64,000 nt of DNA from Octopus vulgaris (Eukaryota): NCBI GenBank assembly GCA_951406725.2, contig OX597836.1, positions 27,342,001-27,406,000 of the forward strand, given 5' to 3'. Each line of letters opens with the position of its first letter. Position 1 is the stretch's first letter. The translations under genes and the position numbers were made by a program. The notes beneath the pieces were generated by a model. It did not search any database, was not told the DNA's origin, and saw only the letters and a list, made by a program, of their open reading frames with translations. Of the stretch, positions 56,795 to 64,000 are shown piece by piece.

Positions 56795-58716
56795 GTTCCA
56801 AAAATTTAAATAGAAACACAACGAACGGAAAATTCACACATAGGACGTTGCTAATTCTTCGTCAGTTATCGTCCAAAAGATCATAACAATTTCACGGGCA
56901 CATATTACAAGTAATGATATAGCGTATGCACTAAACAGAACAACATTATATATAGATAACGATACAATGTGCATTAAAGAGGTACTGATATATGGTTTAA
57001 AAATAAAAACAAGCTACAATTTATGAGAGCAGGACAGTGGATAAGAAACATAGGGAACAATATTGGATATAGAAACGTAAAGGAGTTTTACATGGGTAAT
57101 ATTTCAGTAGACAGTCAGATGTTTCTTCACTGTGCTGTAGATAATGCTACCTGCAGAAAACATTAAAGAAAAAGGGAGCCGTACGTGGATGATCGATCTG
57201 TTACAAACAACAGCCAAGTTTCTCATAAATTATTTCTGAAAAGCCGTGATAGTTTCGGCTGGAGCACAATTGATCCTATTTCTCTCGATTAAGACTGACC
57301 TGGGGCTAAACAACAACATTACATTTATATAAAGAAATGATGTCACTGCACGGAGAAATAATAACGATATAGGGTTACTGATAGTATAAGCAGAGAACAT
57401 TGAGAGAAATTGTTACGAACATATAGAGGTAAACCAGGAAATGAAGGGAAGTCTACAGTAAACAGGAAACTATGCAACCTAGAGGAAGTCGTATTCTGTA
57501 TTGTGTAACGATATAATATCCAGGAGGATGGCAAAATAATGGTATGAATACATAAAAGACTATGAAGTGTACAAGAAATTGTTGGCATATTGTGGTTGTT
57601 CTTGTTTAACCCAACGGCAACCGTCACCGATCATATCTATGATCAAAGGTATTCTAGGCCGTCATTATTTCGTCTGTGTTAGGGATATACAAGACTATGT
57701 TATCTGATGTACCTTTTAATTAAAATATTAATCTGATTTGGGAAAAATAGGTTGCTATTACCAGCAAATCGAGTGAGTAGGTAGAGGCTCGCCCGCCGAT
57801 TTTATTGGAAGCTATTGATTATATCTATTAAGAGATGATAAACAGAAACCTGTCAGTCCACTATATATTGTATAATAAACAGAAACTCGTCAGCTTATAG
57901 TCTACGGCACCTTTCATATGGCAATCTTTTACAAACAGTACACAAATGTTTCACAACCTTTGGGGAAAAGTAGTAATGAAATGAACAGAAGCTCACTTGA
58001 AAGACAATTTTTAAAAATCATTTAAAGTATATTTTCCGTAAAGGGAAAATGTTATTAAATTATTAATTTGGGTAAAAAAGACAAGAGAGCATCCACGAAA
58101 TATTAATTAAATATCAATTTAGTATGGAATGTAGTCGGAAGTTTTTCTGATATTTGGCTGTAGGGGACGCAATACTCAGACATGTTTCTGTTTCATCACA
58201 CTTCTGTGAAGCATAGCTTAACCACTGCAAATTTTAGATGACTACACAAATATATAGAATTTTTGGCGAATGGACACAAAACAGTATTGACTCACTAGCA
58301 TACTACATAGTTCTGTAGTCTTAGGCGGTTTTGAGAAAAACCTAGGGACGCCTCCTAAATTGTATTGGAAATAGTAGAGTCTACAGAAAAGGGTAGATAC
58401 TGAAGGACAGCAACATGATGCACAGGAAACTGCACAATATACAGGGAACAACTCAGAGTAAGGGCATAATGCTCGCAGGGGCATCGGTTAGTAGTATATT
58501 TGAATAGAAGATACACATATACATACAAATACACATACATACGTACAGACGTATATATATATATATATGTAAATATATATACATATATATATACATACAT
58601 ATATACATGTATATATATACACATACATATATATACACATATATGTAGACATACATACATATGTGCATACATACATAATACATGCATTCATACACACATA
58701 CATACATACATACATG

Positions 58717-58773
<57 letters not shown>

Positions 58774-58870
58774 GTATGTATGTATATATATAATCCCTGG
58801 GGACAAATTTGTGGAAATCTATATAGTTTTAACACCATTTTAAACAAATCGTTTTCCTAAGGTATTACAG

Positions 58871-58930
<60 letters not shown>

Positions 58931-59548
58931 CACACAAAGAAACACTCGAGGAAATAAAAATGCATAATAGGATCGACAAACAAAACACACGATGGGAAAA
59001 AATAGAAAAATAAAATTAAACAATATCAAACGAAGAGTATGTTCAACAGGTATACATGCAACAAATGAAAATAAACCGAAAAGAATCTAAATTTTTGGTT
59101 ACACCTTTATCGAAGAAAAATGGAATAAATAAGCGGTGGAGAAAAATAAGTAAGAACGAAGCCAAATTAACATCACCTGTTTACATTGCTGGCATGGTAT
59201 AAAATTGACGTTGGAGATTTGGAAAGGATGACAGGGAGTGCCAATCCTTGTAGGTGTCAGTGAAAGGAATAATGGTGTAGGAAGAGAAAGGATGAAAGAT
59301 GAAGGAGAGGAGAGATAGGTGTAGAGTCGGACAGTTGGAGAGGATATAACTGAATACGTGTGTACGTATACGTACATACAAAAATACATATATACATACA
59401 TGCGTACGTATGTACATACATGCTACATACATACATACACACATTAATATTAATGTTCGTTTTTATTTTCAGTTATAATAAAAATTTTACATTAATCTTA
59501 AATGTTACTCTACACTTTTATAGAGTACAAATTTATTATTCTTAAACA

Positions 59549-59650
<102 letters not shown>

Positions 59651-60872
59651 AATACACTCTCATATACTGGGTAGAAGCTAACGAAACTGTTGATTCGTTT
59701 GTCAGACAAAAGAAAGATAAATACACGTACTCATGTACACACGTACGCACGCACAAATGCATACCCTCTTTCACGTTCACATGCACTTATCCAAATATGA
59801 AGGTTCGAGAGAAAATTGCCGTAGATTATGAACAAAATAGAATTAATTGTACACCAAGATTAAGGTTTTTAAATAATTGCTCGTATCTTTTAAAGTCGTT
59901 GTATATATTTTTAAAAAAATGGGAGAAAGCAGACGACAGAGTTTGTCAGACGGGTGGACATGAGCGACAAAGGAGGAAAACAAGCATAAGGAAAATGGAA
60001 ACCGGGAAACAAAAGTTTTGAAAAAGAAAATAATACTTTCCGAAAATTCATAATACCTTTGCATATCTGTGTGTGTGAGTGTGTGTGAGAGAGTGAGAGA
60101 GTGTGTGTGTGTATGTGTGTGTGCATAGGTGCATAGCTGTATGTGTATCTGTGCATGCTTATATATATTGCTTGCATATTTATGCATGCACGCGCTCATA
60201 TATACTTATATAAATATTGATATGTGCATATACGTATAGGTGTCTCTATATATATATATATATATACACGTGCATATATATATGTATGTATGTATACACA
60301 CACACACATATATGTATGTGTATATATATGTTCTTTATAATAGATGTATGTGTGTGTTTCCATTCACATATTGGTATTGGATTTATGGTCATATATTTAC
60401 TCATAAAAGTACATATGTATATATCTTCATACATGTACATATATACAAATTCATGCATATGTATAGATGTATGTATATGAAAATTCATATATCTTGCGGT
60501 TGGCATTAACATACATACATGCGGATGTAGTGGATGTACATTATATATATATATCTATATATCTATGCGTGTGTGTGTATATATGTATATATCTAAGCAT
60601 TTACACATATATATGTATATATATATAATTTTACATTCAGTGACTAAATAAGAATGTTTACAGTCTTACATACCAAAACAATTATGGCTGCAACTGTATA
60701 TGAAGGCTAGTGCACACACATACATACACGCATGAATGCTCGCACGCACATACACACGTATGAACAATATACATCGTTATACGTATACACTGCAAAACTG
60801 TATGCATGACGAGTGTATCAGGTATATATATATATACTTATGTATGATCACAACGCACCTGTTAACATATAC

Positions 60873-60904
<32 letters not shown>

Positions 60905-60938
60905 GCATACATACATATATACATATACATACATACAT

Positions 60939-61024
<86 letters not shown>

Positions 61025-61246
61025 TAAATACAGTTTGATTCGGCTCGATGTGGCTTGAAGTTTCGCAGGCTTCTTACAGTAACCTAGCTCGTTGAGGCCC
61101 AGATCAACGATTATCTGAGCCCGAACAAACTAAGTTTCTGTAATTTTAAGTCGCATGGAGTCGAATCAAATTTTAAAAAATAATAATAATAATAACTCCT
61201 TGCAAATGTGTTGAATGCATTTTTCTATCGTTTGTCCACTCACTTG

Positions 61247-61322
<76 letters not shown>

Positions 61323-61323
61323 T

Positions 61324-61356
<33 letters not shown>

Positions 61357-61366
61357 ATATGTATAG

Positions 61367-61405
<39 letters not shown>

Positions 61406-61533
61406 GCTTGCATATTATTCATATGGATGTATAACACACTTTTAACACAACTAATGTTGATGTTATTGATAATATGGCGGCATAGTTTTGAGTGTGTGAG
61501 TGTTAATGTGTTATAATTTGGTTAGGCCTAGAC

Positions 61534-61609
61534 TTAGGCGAAGGGCTCGTCCCTGTCCCACGTCATTCTGTTGTTATCATAAGCACAGAAGCTGCAAAGC
61601 CCATGAAAT
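61534..61609 (-). CDS. Candidate terminal coding exon of a gene entering from the right (FHGLCSFCAYDNNRMTWDRDEPFA* in phase 2)
   Basis: Very strong ~40-nt polypyrimidine tract ending ttcctttcag at 61610, followed by a short GC-richer stretch and then UTR-like AT-rich sequence. Frame uncertain. Confidence 0.3.
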
Positions 61610-61845
61610 CTGAAAGGAAACACAAAAGAGAAGAAAAAAAAAGAGAGGAAGAGATATATACATTAGAACTAAATAAACGAATCACGTGATAGGAGGATGT
61701 GGTGGTGTTCGTATTGGTGTTGTTTGCGGCTGTGTCAGTGGTGGTAGTAGCATTGTTGTTGATGGTAATGGTGGTGGTGGCTGTGGTATTTTAAGTGAAG
61801 TGAGATGAATTTATCGAGAATTAAAAAAAAAAAAAAAAAACCCAA

Positions 61846-61990
61846 ACCCGTCACTTAGCGGTTAGGCAAAAGAGACCGATAGAATAAGTACTGGGCTTAC
61901 AAAGAATGAGTCCTGGGGTCGAGTTGCTCGATTAAAGGCGGTGCTCTAGCATGGCCGCAGTCAAAATGACTGAAACAAGTAAAAAGAAGA
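61846..61990 (+). mobile_element. SINE family B, 3' half
   Basis: Matches the 3' part of the other copies. Confidence 0.8.
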
Positions 61991-62413
61991 AAAAGAAAGA
62001 AAACAAGAAAGCTTGTTATTTCGTTGTAGGCCATAAAAAATTGAGATCTTCGAACAAACTTCCACATGATCACCACCTGTGTTTTTTATTCAGGCATTCT
62101 TAAAACTAATTAAAATGGTTTTGGTACGTAATATGGCGGATTTCAGGTTTCAGGAATGCAATGGTGTGTAGCGAAATTTATTGGCTTTAAATTGTGTGAC
62201 TTTTATTTTTAAGCTGGGAATAGCATTGGGGTACTCATTTAGGCTAGATGTACAGGTTTTCTCATGGCATAATATGTGAGGGGTGTAGCATACACACATA
62301 TGTACGCATACATATTCACACACATATGAACACGCTGATGAATAAAACAAAGCAATACGGTGGAGTTTACCTACAGACATATAAGTATATATACATATAC
62401 AGATATACACTTA

Positions 62414-62450
<37 letters not shown>

Positions 62451-62452
<2 letters not shown>

Positions 62453-63178
62453 TAGCATTAAAGACCCGTCGTTGCCGGGTCATAGTGCTAGTGCATATAT
62501 ATATATATATATGTGTGTGTATATATATGTGTACATATTACATGTACATCTATATATATATACATCTACACATAAAATGCAAAATACAAAGTTATATCTT
62601 GATATCGCTAGTGATAACAATACTCAAAATATATAACAGACTGGAAGTGTTAACTCTTCTTTTTTTCTCTACATTGTATACTTTATAGACAATAGTCTTT
62701 TCTTTAATTTAATTTTTTATTATCCATCTGGACTATTCCATTTCTGCACGCTAATTTTATTTTTAATTTAATTCCCATTCATGTGAAACCACTTATTCAA
62801 GTTCAAATCATTGATGCAATTTTATACCAATTGCTATTTTTACTTATATTATACTTTAGTTTGATTTTAATTATTACTTACTACATATAATTCAATTGTT
62901 ATTATTATTTTTATTGTTAAAGTGAAAGCATCTGACATAAAATAGAGAAATATTTTTGTTTTACCTTTAACACGTAATACTGAAATAGTGGAGAATATAT
63001 GATATTGCTATGGGCCCGCTCTAGACAAGAAGTTGAACATTTCTTTTGCCCATGAAACTACATGGACTCTAAGTAAGGCATGTGTAAAATTTGAATGAAA
63101 TTGGTTGTGTAGTTCTCAAGTTTTAGGAAAACACACAGACAGACAGACAGACACACATTCTCAGTTTTATATATATAA

Positions 63179-63182
<4 letters not shown>
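62451..63182 (+). mobile_element. Non-autonomous Helitron/Helentron-like element
   Basis: Starts actagc...acccg..cgggt (small hairpin) and ends with (ACAG)n then ttttatatatataaagat, the layout of Lep1/DINE-like elements. Confidence 0.6.
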
Positions 63183-63229
<47 letters not shown>

Positions 63230-63237
63230 CACATACA

Positions 63238-63289
<52 letters not shown>

Positions 63290-64000
63290 CCTGCTCGCTT
63301 AGCCAGCGGGATGGCGTCGTTCGAAGGCTAAAACAATGCGAACGCATTGTGACCAGCGATGTGTAGCAACATCTGATGGTCTGGTCGGTCACGTGACGTC
63401 ACGTGATATATATATATTTGAACTACTGAACGAATGGTGATGAATCTAATCATTCTTGTTACTATGGTTGTTTATCACTTTGATAATCTTAACCTGACAT
63501 ACTTATAAGTAAAAGACATTCCAACTATGACCATTGCATCGTTTTTTTAGAACTACTTAAAATTACATTATTTAATATGTCCTTTATTTTGATATGTGAC
63601 TTGAAGTAGATTTGGCTGCTATTTCTAGGAGGTTTAGCAATCCCTGACGAAGAACGACAGCTTGTTGGTGCCTAAATCAAATATTTAACTCCATGTTTTA
63701 ATGCTTTTTGCCAACTCATGCAGTACACTATAAACAAAAATACAACAAAACAAAACAAAAAGACAAAACAGTAACAACAAACAAACAAAAAATAACAAAC
63801 AGAAACCTTCCAACATTTCTCCAAAGATGGCCACATGTGTGGTCGAAAATTAAATCGTTTTCCTCTCAGCATTGAACATTTAATGCACGCAACTCTAATT
63901 ACTACGGGGAGGAGGTATCAGAAAATCTCAAACACTATTAAATTGGTAAACAGACCAGCTAGTCGTGAATTAAACGTAAAAAATATATAATTAAATAAAG

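Overview
AT-rich, microsatellite-saturated animal genomic DNA. The repeat content (tRNA-derived SINEs, (TA)n/(TAA)n/(CA)n arrays) is typical of a coleoid cephalopod, most likely Octopus (inference from recognised repeat style, no search run). Almost all ORF-track entries are microsatellite artefacts. One well-supported gene is present: a minus-strand Josephin-domain deubiquitinase (JOSD1/2-like), with coding exons at 8135-8005 and 5497-5384 and further exons probably left of the window. Weaker candidate minus-strand exons lie at 47055-46988, 42416-42228 and 61609-61534. The rest is TE debris: SINEs, R4/Dong-like 3' ends in (TAA)n arrays, CR1/RTE fragments, Tc1/mariner/maT, hAT and other MITEs, and a Helitron-like element. 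The most striking signal is a dozen or more minimal type I hammerhead-ribozyme motifs from several unrelated Penelope-like repeat families, often in fold-back or tandem arrangements. Their catalytic cores show three Watson-Crick variants of the 3-8 tertiary pair (C3-G8, U3-A8, G3-C8). One family appears to be a tRNA-head/(TAA)n/hammerhead composite element.
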